Positions 12,901-24,994 of a DNA stretch of 64,000 nt are shown in pieces. Positions within the stretch are counted from its first letter, which is position 1; every line of letters starts with the position of its first letter. Both the position numbers and the translations under genes were made by a program. The stretch comes from Yuukianura sp. NJ FZ-2021 (lineage: Eukaryota), in the NCBI GenBank assembly GCA_046563655.1, contig CM102287.1, forward strand, positions 9,176,001-9,240,000. The letters run 5' to 3'. The notes under the pieces are model-generated. The model was not told where the DNA came from. It searched no databases and saw nothing but the letters and a program-made list of their open reading frames with translations.

Positions 12901-13374
12901 AACATTGGATTTAAACACACAAACACGGAAAAAAATTTCCAAAGTCGAATTTAAAGTTATCAAGCCATGCATACGCGTTTGTTGAAAAACAAACGTATAA
13001 CGGATTTGAAATTTTTGAACAATTTAAGTTAAATTGTTTCTCTTTTGACACATGTGTGACGTTGTATTGTATGTGACTTCATTTCACATGCGTGATTTTG
13101 AGTCACTAAATGACTATTTGTGGTCAAATTGTTAGTAGTGTTGCTGGTTACACAAATGTGAAAAACAGAAATACTTCTTAGTCACCAGAAAACGCAAGGC
13201 GTGCAACAAAAAAAATCCTGCTACATTAGAATTTTAACTTCCTGTTCCACTTTTCCTTATAAATGGAGAACTTTTGGACAAATTAGGTCAAGCAGTTTAG
13301 ATTTTGCACAACTCAGTTGTCCGTTTTTGGAGAAACTTTTTGTAACTTTACCTAGAAGTGATTTTGTGTACAAA

Positions 13375-14398
13375 ATGGAAGGTGTTTACAAACGTCGTTA
13401 CACTCTTCCCTTCATTACCAAAAGCCTCTCTTTCGAAGATGAGGAAATGGAACTACGGAAAAATTTTCCATATCGACACAAAGTCTACGACTATACCATA
13501 CCACCTCAAGATTTGAAAAACGAAAGACCGTTTTTTACCGGACGAAAACCGGTTCCAGAATCCGAAAAACCTAAAAATCTGCCACTTCCGACACCAATCC
13601 ACGTCCGTGAGATTCTAAGTGACGAGGAATTAGAAAATGAGAGTCCGTTCATGCGCGGGAGAGTAAAAGTGCCAAAAGAAATTATGAAAGCACGACGAGA
13701 TGCACAGTGGCGGATGTTCAAAGTTTTGGACAAGCGGGAACGTTCAAACGAGCGACCGTTCATGCATGGACGACTCGAAGTTTCGGAAAATCCGAAACAA
13801 CTTTTCGTTCAAATGGCACCAGTTCCGACGACACCCGAACTTGAAAACGAACGTCCATTCATGCACGGTCGAAATGGACTCAAGAAAGAAATTGTAGAAC
13901 GGAGACAACGGCGCAGACTCGTTCAGCTTGTACGTGACGTCAATGCGTCTAGTCCACCAAAAATTGGATTAGACAAACTTGTTGACCAAAAATCAAAAGT
14001 AAGCCAAATTTTTCCCTTCAACTTTTATAAAATAAAAAAAAAATTGGTTTTAACTCCTAACTTTTTTTTCTGGTAAAAGTTACCAACACAAAAACACACT
14101 AGGCGAATGTGTCCACCGTGTGAAGCTCTCAACAAATTTCGAAAAACAAAAATCGTACCAGGTAAATGTTCATTTTTAAAATTATGTAATAATTATATTA
14201 GAAATGTTATTCCTTATCAATTAAAATTAAGGTTTGCATTTCTAGTATCTATTTTTACATTTAATAGCTGTCAAGTCCGTCCATGGTTTTCTAAGGGGAC
14301 GTACCGATGACTACTCTACTGAAAAATTAATCAAGATACAGCCAAGTGATATAAAAAAAAATCAACTCTTTTTCTCATTTCGTGATGACCGCAATTAG
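13375..14398 (+). CDS. Basic intracellular-looking protein with repeated (E)NERPFxxGR motif, unknown function (3 exons)
   Basis: Long ORF, TATAAAT at about 13257, introns 13999-14079 and 14162-14267 preserve frame, stop TAG 14396-14398. Repeats NERPFFTGR, NESPFMRGR, NERPFMHGR x2 and HGFLRGR. Confidence 0.7.
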
Positions 14399-14585
14399 TC
14401 AGCACTTCCGCTTAACAGTAATTAGTGACTAATTATTTTATGTACGGTAAAGTTAAATAAAAAAATTATGTATAATTCCAATTATCGAGACGGAGTTGTC
14501 ATAGTCACATTTCACGGCAGCATTGGTACAATATTTACATCATAGTTCTTTTAACATTAGTGGCAAACCATAATAATTTGTAGTC

Positions 14586-15741
14586 ATGAACGGAAGGGAT
14601 AACTTTAGCTCTGCGATAGGAGCGAATATGAGTGACGACTACGGAGGTTACACGGAATCCCACGTTGTTACTCTATTCATGCTAACCAAAGCTACTGTCA
14701 TAATTTTGTTCGGTATTTTTGGAATTGTTGGAAATGGATTTAGTATTGCGATTTTTAGAAAACGAAAGCACGACTCTTCAATTGATCTGATTTTGCTCAA
14801 CCTTGCTATTGCTGATTTGGCATTCCTCATCACCATGTCACTGTATCAAGTACTCCAACTCTTCGCAAATTTCCACTCTATTTATGTAACATCTCCGCAT
14901 TCGCCAAATTCATATGGAGTTACTGTCATCATATGTGCAGGTAACCAACATACCATAACTAACCTAGTGCACCCAAACTTATTCAACACTATTTAATATT
15001 ACATATTATAATATATTATATCATATAATAGATTATATTATATAATCTAGTCAGGTTCAACAGAGTACAGTGTTATTTTTTGCAGCTCAAACAGCATCCA
15101 TCTTGTACGTAACTGTGATGAGCGTGGAACGATTTTGTGTCGTGTGCTATCCACTACATTCGCGACGGTTTTGTACGAGAAAATCAGCACGTTGGGCAGT
15201 GTTTGTCATCACTTCGGTATCCATTGGATTCCATTTGTTCCGGGACGTTGTGACCGTGATTTTAATTGACCTAAGTCAAACCGAAGCATATGGTAATGCT
15301 ACAGCATTAGATTTTGCAGAATTCGATGAATCAATGTACGACACTACGGCGTTTTATTCATTTGAAAAATTTTGGGAAGCTACGGAAGTTGTGAAATTCC
15401 TAATCAATATTGGAATTCCGTCAGGCATTATCTTATACTGTAACGCAAAAATTTTGCAGTGTGTAGCTAAAGCTGTAAAATTTCGATCTACTTTTAGTAC
15501 TCAAAAGTTAGAAAATATCCAGTTGACACAAAGTCTACTTGTAGTGGCTTCCGTGTTTTTGATTAGTCACTTTTTCTATGTTGTTGACCGTCTGTACTAC
15601 CTCGTATTCCGTGAAGTGAATGAAAACATTTCAATGTTCTCTGATGTCATGTACACTATAAATTCGGCTGTAAATTTTCCAATTTATGTTCTCACGGGAC
15701 AGAAATTTAGGAACGAATTTTACCAAATCTTTAAATGCTAA
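14586..15741 (+). CDS. Class A peptide GPCR, FMRFamide/sex-peptide-receptor-like (2 exons)
   Basis: TM1 GIVGNG, TM2 NLAIADL, TM3 MSVERFCVVCYPL, TM7 INSAVNFPIY, helix 8 GQKFR. Intron 14941-15085. Confidence 0.9.
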
Positions 15742-16250
15742 ATTTCAAAATTTGAAATGTATCTATTACTAAAAAGAAAGAGAAATAAAATGCAATTGTC
15801 GATTTTGAAAATTTTCACTTCTATCAAACCAATGTGAAAACAGCTTAATTTATTCTACTTTTCCGATTAAACCAAAATTGGCACCCGAAGATAAATTTGG
15901 ATTGGCATACGGTATATGTTCTGATTTGAGTTTTATTAAAACGCTTTAGATGTTTGTCGGTGTTTGTTTTAGCAAGTCTACTGGGCATTAGCATGATACG
16001 ACCAAACCTTAGGTCAATAATTAGTGAAGCTAAAACCACAGAAGAATTAAGACTTCGTTTGTATAGAATTTAGGCGTGTCCCAATTTCGACCAGAGTCCA
16101 AATTGGATTTGTTGTGAAGCCGCTGCCGGCTAACTTCATAAAGAAAATTTACGTTGACGTGTACTTTTACCACTTTTCTGTATAAACAAAACAATTTTTT
16201 TGAATGTGCTAAACTGAAAATTTGAGTCTGTGAGTCAAATTGTTTTGCAA

Positions 16251-18485
16251 ATGGAAAAGTTTTGGAGGTTAATTTGGTCTGCCTGTGTCCTCATTGGGTG
16301 AGTTTTACAACTGGAAATTCTCTAAAAGTTTCAAGTTTTTTCACTTTTTGAGCTATTTGTTTGACCTATGACCTTGACTTTTAAAACATTTTGTAGGGTA
16401 ATTTTTGGTCAATTTGAAGCTACAAATGCAATGGCAGTGCATAAGACGAGACATTTGAAACGCGACGTTAGTCACGGTGGCATTATGGCTGCGACTACTA
16501 CAGCAGCATCTGCGCAGACTAATGATATTTACAAAATGGGACTTCCTCCGGGATACAACATGCATGAGATTCCGAAACACAAATGTAACATTTTGAAATT
16601 TTGAAATGACATTTTTTGAAATTTGAAAAACAATGACTAATCACTAAAATTGTGCAATTTTATTTTGTATTAGCTGGACGAGCAATGGAAATTTTTATTC
16701 AGTGTAATATTCGTAAAGTTTTGGATTTAGATGAAACGGGAGAAGTAATTTTTCAATTCAATTTAAAAACATCTACTAGACGTAGAAAATTTCAAAAAAA
16801 TATTTCAAGGCAATTTTTTTTCCAAAAAATTTGATAGAGCATCAAAATGGATTTGGAGTTTCGTGTGTTCTGGACAGACTATAAAATTCGGGATCACTTT
16901 AATGCTTTAAAAATGGCTATGGGATTTAAAAAAATGTCTTACGATGAACTCACTGCCGAACAACGCAAAAATTTGACCCGAACGCTCAATGATCCTACAA
17001 TGCTCGAGATCATTTGGACTCCGAATTTGTTTTTTGGTACGAAAAAAGTCAAATTCAGAAAAAATTTCCAAATTTCATACATGTTATGTTACCTTGCAGG
17101 AAATTTGATGGAAGTAGATCAACCGGTGGCCATGGCCAAACCGGTAACTTTGAAAGTGATTCCGGACATTGGTGCTTTTGAGTATTTAACTCGCATTAGT
17201 GTCAGGACGGATTGTCCAATGCATTTCCAATATTATCCGGCAGATACACAACAATGTGTGTTCAAGGTCAGGTCATTCTCATATACACTGAATGACCTCA
17301 AATTGAAGTGGTACAAAACAGGAGTGTGGCTACATGAACTCGAAACCTCAAATTTTGACATTCGAGTTGGAGATTTGAAAAATTTTACAAAAATTGAAGA
17401 CGATGAGGGTAACTACTACGTAAGGCTTATTAACATTTTTGAACATTTTTTTAAATTTTGGTTTTAATTTTTGCTAGATGAGCTTTCCGAATCGTTTCAC
17501 GTATTTGAATTTAGAATCAAAGGTCGACGACGCCTCAGTTACCATCTTGTGCAAACGTATCTTCCAAGGTGAATTTCAAAATTTATGAAATTTTGAATTT
17601 TGTAATCACGATTTTTTTTAATTTAGCACTTTCTATATTGTGATTACTTGTCTGTGCTTTCTCCTTCCGACAAGATTTGTTGAAGCCAGAATTGGAATAG
17701 CCATGACCACTCTGCTTACACTTACTTCCATGTTTGCAGCAGTCAGAGAATCTACTCCCTCAGTATCATACGTCAAAGCGTAAAATCAAAATTTTGAAAA
17801 AAATGAAATTTTATTTTCGCGCTTTTCAATTGCTTTTTTTAAACTGTAGCATTGATACATGGATGGCCGGATGTATCATGTTTGTGTTCCTGACTCTTGC
17901 AGAGTTCACATTTATCACTTGGTTTGTCACAACACAACATGACAATATAGCCTAAACTTTTATTAACTTATACATAATATCATATCTCAAATTTCAAATT
18001 TCAAAACAATTTTCGTAACTTGCACAAATTGTGAATGGTTACAGGCTTCGAAGTGTGAAGGAAGACTATGATACAATGCTTGCAAAGAAATCGGTAAAAC
18101 AGGAGTATATTTACTTAATTAGTCTTGGTTTATTAACTTAAATTTTGAGTTTTAGGATGAAGAGGGTTATGGTGAAGATGAAATTCAAACGAAGATTTTA
18201 ACAGGAAAACCGTACAAGTATCCCAACGTTGTTGGTAACCTCAAGATCCGAACTTATGAAACTCTCATGCTCTTCCTTGAAAAGTACAACTTTCCCATCT
18301 TCATTGCAATTCTGTCTGTGTACTCCATCGTGTAAGTTATGAAAGTTTTAAATGAAATTCTATTCAACCTTTACTTAAAAGTTATGTAACTATATAGATA
18401 CTGGATATGGCTTCTGAACAGTGCGAATTACTTTGACTGGGAAATTGACGAGAGGTATAACAATGTCGACGGAGATCCATGGTAA
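16251..18485 (+). CDS. Cys-loop ligand-gated ion channel subunit, GlyR/GluCl/pHCl-like divergent member
   Basis: Signal peptide, IWTPNLFF loop A, Cys-loop CPMHFQYYPADTQQC, RRRLSYHLVQTYLPS pre-TM1, TM2 ARIGIAMTTLLTLTSM, TPSVSYVKAIDTWMAGC, TM4 with FP. Confidence 0.93.
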
Positions 18486-19206
18486 CCCATTAGGTTGACT
18501 ACGATCAATATAGCACCGTAAAGTGCAAGGTGCCTTGACAACCAAAATACAACAAGTTGTATTTGCTACACCATTTGCATTTGGTGTAGCTTGTTTGTTT
18601 ACGAACCTTGGTAAAGTGGATCAAAACTCTAACGTTTGACCATACACTGCACAACATAATAGGTGAAAGGGGTATTTATTTTATATGATGAAAGCTTAAA
18701 AGTAAAATACTAGACTAAGTTATTATGAAATTGCTTAAATAAAATTTTTAACTACACAGTGCAATATCATTTGGTACATTGTTAGTTTTATCGGCAAATA
18801 AAAATAGCGTATTGTCCTAAATTTCTTATTGTTTTAGTAATTCAAATCTCAGTTCTTTCTTGAGACGCTTATAGAGGGAAAAAATTTGAATTAATTATTC
18901 CTCGTCACAGGTCAATGTTTATCTCTTTTTGTTTGTTTTGATCTTTCATTCAATCAAGGAATTGAGGTCAGATCTGTCGTTAATTAAAAATCTGTGGTTT
19001 TTAGTTAGTTAATTGGTTTCCAAAGGTTGACGTAAGTAGTACTTGCAAACATTATTCAGCCGGGCTACGTTTCGGAACAACGGTAAGACTTGTTACAAAC
19101 TACAAAGGACAAACTCCAATTTTAAAACTTAATCTGTTTTGTATGTTTAGGTCTTACGACAAAAGTACAAGAAGCAGGAGGTCAAGAGGTCAACAAATCA
19201 ATACGA

Positions 19207-19941
19207 ATGGAGTTTCTAGTACTTTGGGTGTCCATACTTGCTGCCGTGTCTGCCGAACTGGGACAGAATCTTAACACAGTTGACAATGGTGATCCAATAT
19301 TGCCCAGGATTCCAGCTTATGCGTTGAGTGCAATGAAAAGGTTGATGGCTTTAAAGAAGAAGAGTCAGCATCCGATTTGTGACGAACTAACATGGGGCTC
19401 AGTTCTAACTGATGAAGAGATACTCGACAGAATTGAATCTATGATACCAGAATTTCAAATTAAAGCACTGGAACCAGCCATTCCTGTCGACAAGTTGGAG
19501 ATGTATCGAACCCTACCATTAAACGATTGTAAAGTTCAGACTAATGGACAACTAACGTTTCAAGTGGACGTTCCTGTCAAACCAAGACACATAGCCTACC
19601 AACTATTCAATTTTCCTAAAGGAAGTTTTAGCTTTGAGGCTGACGATGGAATTTGTCATTTTGAATATCCTACTAAAGGAATCGTGGAAACTTCAGCCGG
19701 CGACGCTATTATTCCGCTAAGTGAAAACGAATGGGAGACTTGTATGAGAACGGGCATATGTCAAGTACCGACGGCCCAAGACGTTGACACTGGTGACCTC
19801 GTTTGCCTTCAAGCAGTTTTCAAAGGAAAAACTGGAAGGGAGTTGGCCCCCTTCTGTAAGTTTCACTGTTCGCCTAAACCACATAGAGACAGGCGCCAAG
19901 AAATCTCAGAATCGTTTTTCCTGTCATGGATTCTCAAATAA
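19207..19941 (+). CDS. Intronless secreted Cys-rich protein (244 aa) resembling the central part of baculovirus-F / errantivirus envelope proteins
   Basis: Signal peptide MEFLVLWVSILAAVSA and 8 Cys. Pattern MYRTL...QLTFQVDVPV...YQLFNFP...IIPLSENEWETC...IC...CLQAVF...FC. Candidate 5'UTR intron 19083-19150. Coding status is well supported; homology is by eye only. Confidence 0.6.
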   Translation: MEFLVLWVSILAAVSAELGQNLNTVDNGDPILPRIPAYALSAMKRLMALKKKSQHPICDELTWGSVLTDEEILDRIESMIPEFQIKALEPAIPVDKLEMYRTLPLNDCKVQTNGQLTFQVDVPVKPRHIAYQLFNFPKGSFSFEADDGICHFEYPTKGIVETSAGDAIIPLSENEWETCMRTGICQVPTAQDVDTGDLVCLQAVFKGKTGRELAPFCKFHCSPKPHRDRRQEISESFFLSWILK

Positions 19942-20114
19942 TTCAACGAAACGTAGAGTAGTAAACGGCGATGTCATAACGTATCGCAATCGTTTGTCTT
20001 CGATCGATATCGAGCTTTTTAAATATTTTATATTATAGTAAAAATACTCAGTTACACTGAAACGAATAATCTAAATAATAGTTACATTCATTGACGCTTA
20101 AAGCGTAAAACTAA

Positions 20115-20912
20115 TTACAAGTTGTCAGCAATATCACACATTACGAGGTCTCTATCTCCAGCTGAAGGTTCTGCCTTCCGTTTTCGAGCTTTGCTTTTCT
20201 CCAGTGGTAAGCCCATTTTCTGATTGATGTCATGCTGCGTTGGAAGGTCAGTTAGAGCTGTTTTGATTATGTCTAGACACTTTTCCAAATGTTTTTGAAG
20301 ACGGTCGCAAGTGTCGTATGCTTGTCGTTTCTGAACTTCCATCATGACACGAAGAGTTTCTCGGGCCTAAGATGACAATTTAGGAAATTAAAATTACATT
20401 TGTGTTAATTACTCTTGAGGACTTACCTGGTGTGGTCGAAATTCATTAATTAGGTGATGGATATGAATGAACAGTAGAGAAATGTCTTGAATCTTCTCTT
20501 GCCGCTTGGAGCTATCTGGTGCTAAGATGAGAATTTCCAGAAGGTCAAGATAGTTTACCAAGATTGAGTGGTTGAGTTTCTTTAGCTCTCTGCGATGATC
20601 CAAGTTGTTTGGATAAAGACGTCGGATACCCTACAATACAAGAAATGGTTTAATATTGGTTAAATCATTTTTAAAAAATTGATTGATAAGATATTCACTA
20701 ACCTGGCTCTCAAGTGGACGAATAATTGCATCGTCTGAATGGAACTCCGTGCCAAACATGGAGTAAACATCATGGGAACTTGGAATCGGTGGAGGTTTTG
20801 GTACTTTTCCTCTGCGGACGTTCTCATCAGTGTAGAGATTGATGTAAGCCATGGGTGGTGGTGGCAATGAACTCTGAATTGTCGATTCACGTTCTCTCCC
20901 AGCGTCAGCCAT
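20115..20912 (-). CDS. MED7: Mediator complex subunit 7 (3 exons)
   Basis: [71 protein letters not shown]. Confidence 0.96.
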
Positions 20913-20931
20913 AATTTCAAGTTTCAGCTAT

Positions 20932-21870
20932 TAGACAATTTCGGTTTTCTGAAAAACGGATGGTAGATTGTGATGGTGATGGTAGCTACAATCCTACCAT
21001 CCGTATTGAGAGTATTTTGGGCCTTTTTCTGAAACCCGTCTCTGCTCCGGACGGGACGGTAGGAATCCCTTTGTGTTGGGGGAGAATGAGACTTTCGGTG
21101 CCCGCGAAAACGAAATTGAGTTTTAAATTAACGGTTGAAGTAAACTTTATGGTGTCACTTGTACCCGTGAGTAAAAAAAGGCGTGTCTTCCAGGTGAGGT
21201 TACGTATGTAACCGTCGGTTGTTTTTTCGACGGAAAAGTTGGAGTAAGCTGGAGTTGTTCCTGTTGTACCCACAGTAAGTCAAGTTGTACCACCACTGTT
21301 GTTGTGGTGGTTACAGTAACGTAGCCACCACAACGTAACCACCAGTTACGTTGTGGTGGTTACGTTACGTGCCGTATGACCACTGCGTGGTTACACTGTG
21401 GCTGGTCATATATTTAATGTCAGTGGTTACAACTGACGTCAGTGGTTACAAATGACGTCAGCGGTTACAAATGGCGTCAGTGGTTACAAATGGCGTCAGC
21501 GGTTACAAATGGCGTCAGTGGTTACAAATGACGTCGCGTCAGTGGTTACAAATGGCGTCAGTGGTTACAGATGACGTCAGTGGTTATAAATAACGTCAGT
21601 GGTTACACATGATTGTAACCACCCAATGTATATGCGGGTATATTGATTTTTTAATAAAACGTATATGCGATAATGGTTACAGCGTTTGTTTACAAGAGAA
21701 ACATTTCGGGTTCACCTTAACCGGGATTCGAATTTGGCGCAAAAAATTAACTTAGTACCATCCACCATACATCAAAACCGAAACTGTTTTTGCTACCGTC
21801 TGGTATTGTGGATTGAAACTTGAAGCACAATCCACCATCACCATCACCGTCAGAAAACCGAAATTATCTA
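20932..21870. mobile_element. Non-autonomous DNA transposon (MITE-like), about 940 bp
   Basis: TIRs TAGACAATTTCGGTTTTCTGA (20932-20952) and TCAGAAAACCGAAATTATCTA (21850-21870) match 20/21 as reverse complements. Subterminal GATGGT/ACCATC repeats. Flanks fit a TA or ATT target-site duplication. No transposase. Confidence 0.8.
21419..21610. repeat. 19-bp minisatellite (GTCAGTGGTTACAAATGRC), about 10 copies, inside the MITE
   Basis: Units start at 21419, 21438, 21457, 21476, 21495, 21514, 21538, 21557, 21576 and 21595. Confidence 0.93.
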
Positions 21871-22141
21871 TTGTTTATGGTCAGTTGTCTCCCTCGCCGC
21901 TGTAGTAGTTTCTGGTTCCGCCCCAAATCGTAATCTGGTGTATTTTCGTCTTGTTTGACACGTTCAAGTGTGTAGTTATCACTTAATGCAATTAACATTA
22001 AATACTGTTAAACGTAAGTTAGCCTTGTAAGACCAACGGATTTAACGATTAGCAATTAATCGATGATTTTGATTTTGTTGATTAGCAAATCGCAAATTAC
22101 AAATTGTACTCCAAGAATGGGATGACGTAAGGATTTCGACA

Positions 22142-22353
22142 GTCATTGTAGCTGCAAAGTGTGGACACTACGGCGGCCTTCTTTTCTGGCTAAAATAGGT
22201 GGCTGCACCTTGATGTCAACTTTTGTAGCCACTTTAATGTAACATAACTTAAAGTGGCAACATAAACAGCCGGATAGTGTTGCCACTCAATGTGGTTGCA
22301 AATAACTGGCTACAGTGTTTAATTAAACAGAGGGCTTTAAACCTTACTTCAAC
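22142..22353 (+). repeat. Diverged dispersed repeat, copy 1 (copy 2 at 26540-26709)
   Basis: Collinear shared blocks GTCAT..TGTAGCTG, GGTGGCT, TTTGTAGCC, GTGGCAACATAA, GCCACTCA and AAACCTTACTTCAAC. Confidence 0.7.
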
Positions 22354-23425
22354 TTGAAAAAGTAAATAAAATGAGTCTGACAAGCGGTTACTCACACATT
22401 TTCATTTTTTCATTTTCATTTTCATTTATTCTCCTGTTTCTGGCAGGCTTTTCAGAATAAGTATTAATGATAGTTCTAATAGCTTGTAATTAATATTAGC
22501 AATATATTTAGCGTATATGTATCAGTTGTAATTTAAAGAAAGGTGCGTATATTAATCGTTACTAGGATTATTGTTGGGAAGTGGAGTTTCTAAATGGTAT
22601 TTTTTTTTAAAATGTTGTAAAATTATGTTTTTTTTTCCTTTAAATTTGTGATATATTATGACTTACATATAATTATTTTACTTTAAATCTTTCGTTGCTA
22701 AAATAAGTATTTTTACGTATTGTTAATATGCATATTCAATATTCAATCCTCTTCCTCAACATCATTTCGGCGTTCGAGTTCATTGTGTTGAGCTTTCATA
22801 AAATGGTCCTTAAGCTTCATTTTTATTGCAATTGGATTGGTAAGACGTCGTACATCCTCTTCCGTCTCCATCCCCTCCTCTTTTTTTCCAGATTCAACCG
22901 AGCTGGGCAAAACTCTGGAATAAACAAAAGTAACATGTGGTTTGGAATTTCAGATTCCGAAATTCCGATTAAAAAAACAAAAGTGAAAGGTAATCAAGAC
23001 TCCGATTAAATTTTCAATCTTCATTTTCTCTCGGACTTTCTCTTTCATAATCCAATTTTGATTGATCCAGTCACGCAATTCCAAGACAGAAGACACGCAT
23101 CGGCGGCTTCGACGATCGACGCATCGCCACAAGTAAAAAACCGATTACCCTTAAGTGACTCAGCCTGTTTCGCTGTTTTCATTTCCAGTTTGAAATTTTC
23201 CAGGTTCCTTCCAGGATATTGGCACTCTAACTGTGACCGTCGTCAACTTGTGAAAAGGAAAAACGCTGGAACCGTGGTCAAGAACGTAACGAAAAAGAAC
23301 CATCTCCTGCTTGGCAAGATTTAAAAAAACATAAGTTCTAATATTAATTACGAATGAATTTAAAAAAAAGCAATGTGGATTGTGTTTAATGATAATCTTG
23401 GAAATTCTTTAGACCCGTAACGAAT

Positions 23426-24994
23426 ATGGATGGGGCGGATCCAATCGTGAAGCGTGTTTCTGAAGCTGAAGAAACTACTGGGCTGTTTGCGAAATTAGCA
23501 GTTGGGGATGCTCAAGCAGTACAGTCAATGTTGACCGACGGTACTGCGAGTGTAAACGATGTAGATGAACATGGGATGACACCATTGGAACACGCTGCTT
23601 ATCGTGGTAACAAGGAGATGTGTCAACTGCTCTTGGACTGCGTAAGCTCTTCATTTATGAATCTACTGGTAAACATTCTAAACAACTTTTTTTTCCATTG
23701 CAGGGAGCCTCCATTACTGAAGGAACAAAGAACAACGGCTACACAGCGCTACATTTTGCTGCTCTTTCTGGAAAAGCAGATCTGTGTCGGTTTCTACTTG
23801 AACATGGTGCCAAAGCACATCCAGTCAATTCCGTTGGGAGAACTGCGGCTCAAATGGCTGCTTTTGTCGGTAAGCATGGTTTTATTGATCCGGTCGTACG
23901 CAGAACCCTCAAGCTAAGTTTTTTGAGCATTCAAATGGAGTCTTTGATTTTGATTATTAGGTAATCACAAATGTGCGTGTACCATCAACTCCTTTATTGA
24001 TCAATCGGATGTTGAATACTTGACAATTCCACAGGGATTAGAAACTGTTCCTAAATTGTCTCGCACACTTCTCAATCCTGTTTACAATCTGATTCTGCAG
24101 GTACTAAATGAGAGAGATTGGTCTTTTTGCAGACGTTCACATGCGTAACAAGGTGAAATAATGCATAAATTGTTTCATTTCCTAGATAAATTTCCATCCA
24201 GTGAAGTTGGCTCTGTTTATCGGTCGTGATGAACTTCTGAAGTCAAATCTCCAGGAGATTGCCAAAGCCCTGTCAGTTTTTGTCGAAAGAGAAATGAAAA
24301 AGGTAAGACACAAAAACACAAAGATTATGCAAATGTAATGTTACTAATGTAACTGATCTTTTTCTGATTGCAGGGAGTGGAGCGAAACGAATTGATGGGA
24401 ATGAAAGTTCACCTAATTAGTCACATTCTGCTTCAGTTGGATTTGGTACTGCAAGGTCAAATTGCCAAGGGCAATGAACCATCCGTCGAAGCATTTGTAA
24501 AGAAACTTCTGAAATGTGACACTCCTGGAGGAATATCTGAAAACTTGGATGTTCTTCTTCGTCAAGGGGTCAGGAATTTTCCATTCCCAGAATCTGGGAT
24601 TATGCAACAACTTGTAACGGGGTTGACACAGATCAAGGTCAGTAGATGATTAATCAATTAATTTGAATTGTAATCAAGAGGATGACCTTTGACCTTGTAC
24701 CTTTACTCTTAGCTCTGTGAACATCCTGGAGCATGGGGTATAATTTCTAGTGTTATCAATGGCCAAAAGGGGTTCAAGGACAATGAACCCTGTTCTACAT
24801 GTGGGGAGGAAGACGCAGAGAAAAGATGTGCTCGGTGTCACTATGATGTGTACTGTGACAAGGATTGTCAGAAGCTCCATTGGCCATTCCATAAGAAATA
24901 CTGTCAATTGAAAGCCGATGAGTATGAGAAAAACAGGAAGAAGAATGAAACAGAAGCAGCAGAGGAAGAAGCCTTGTTCAAAGGAAAATCTTAA
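23426..24994 (+). CDS. ANKMY2: Ankyrin repeat and MYND domain-containing protein 2 (DAF-25 orthologue-like)
   Basis: Ankyrin repeats GMTPLEHAAYRG, GYTALHFAALSG and GRTAAQMAAFVG, NFHPVK, and C-terminal MYND finger CSTCGEEDAEKRCARCHYDVYCDKDCQKLHWPFHKKYC. Confidence 0.94.

Noticed and set aside
20960..21273. Overlapping 83- and 95-aa ORFs inside the MITE as a transposase
   Set aside because: Short, with no DDE or HTH signature.
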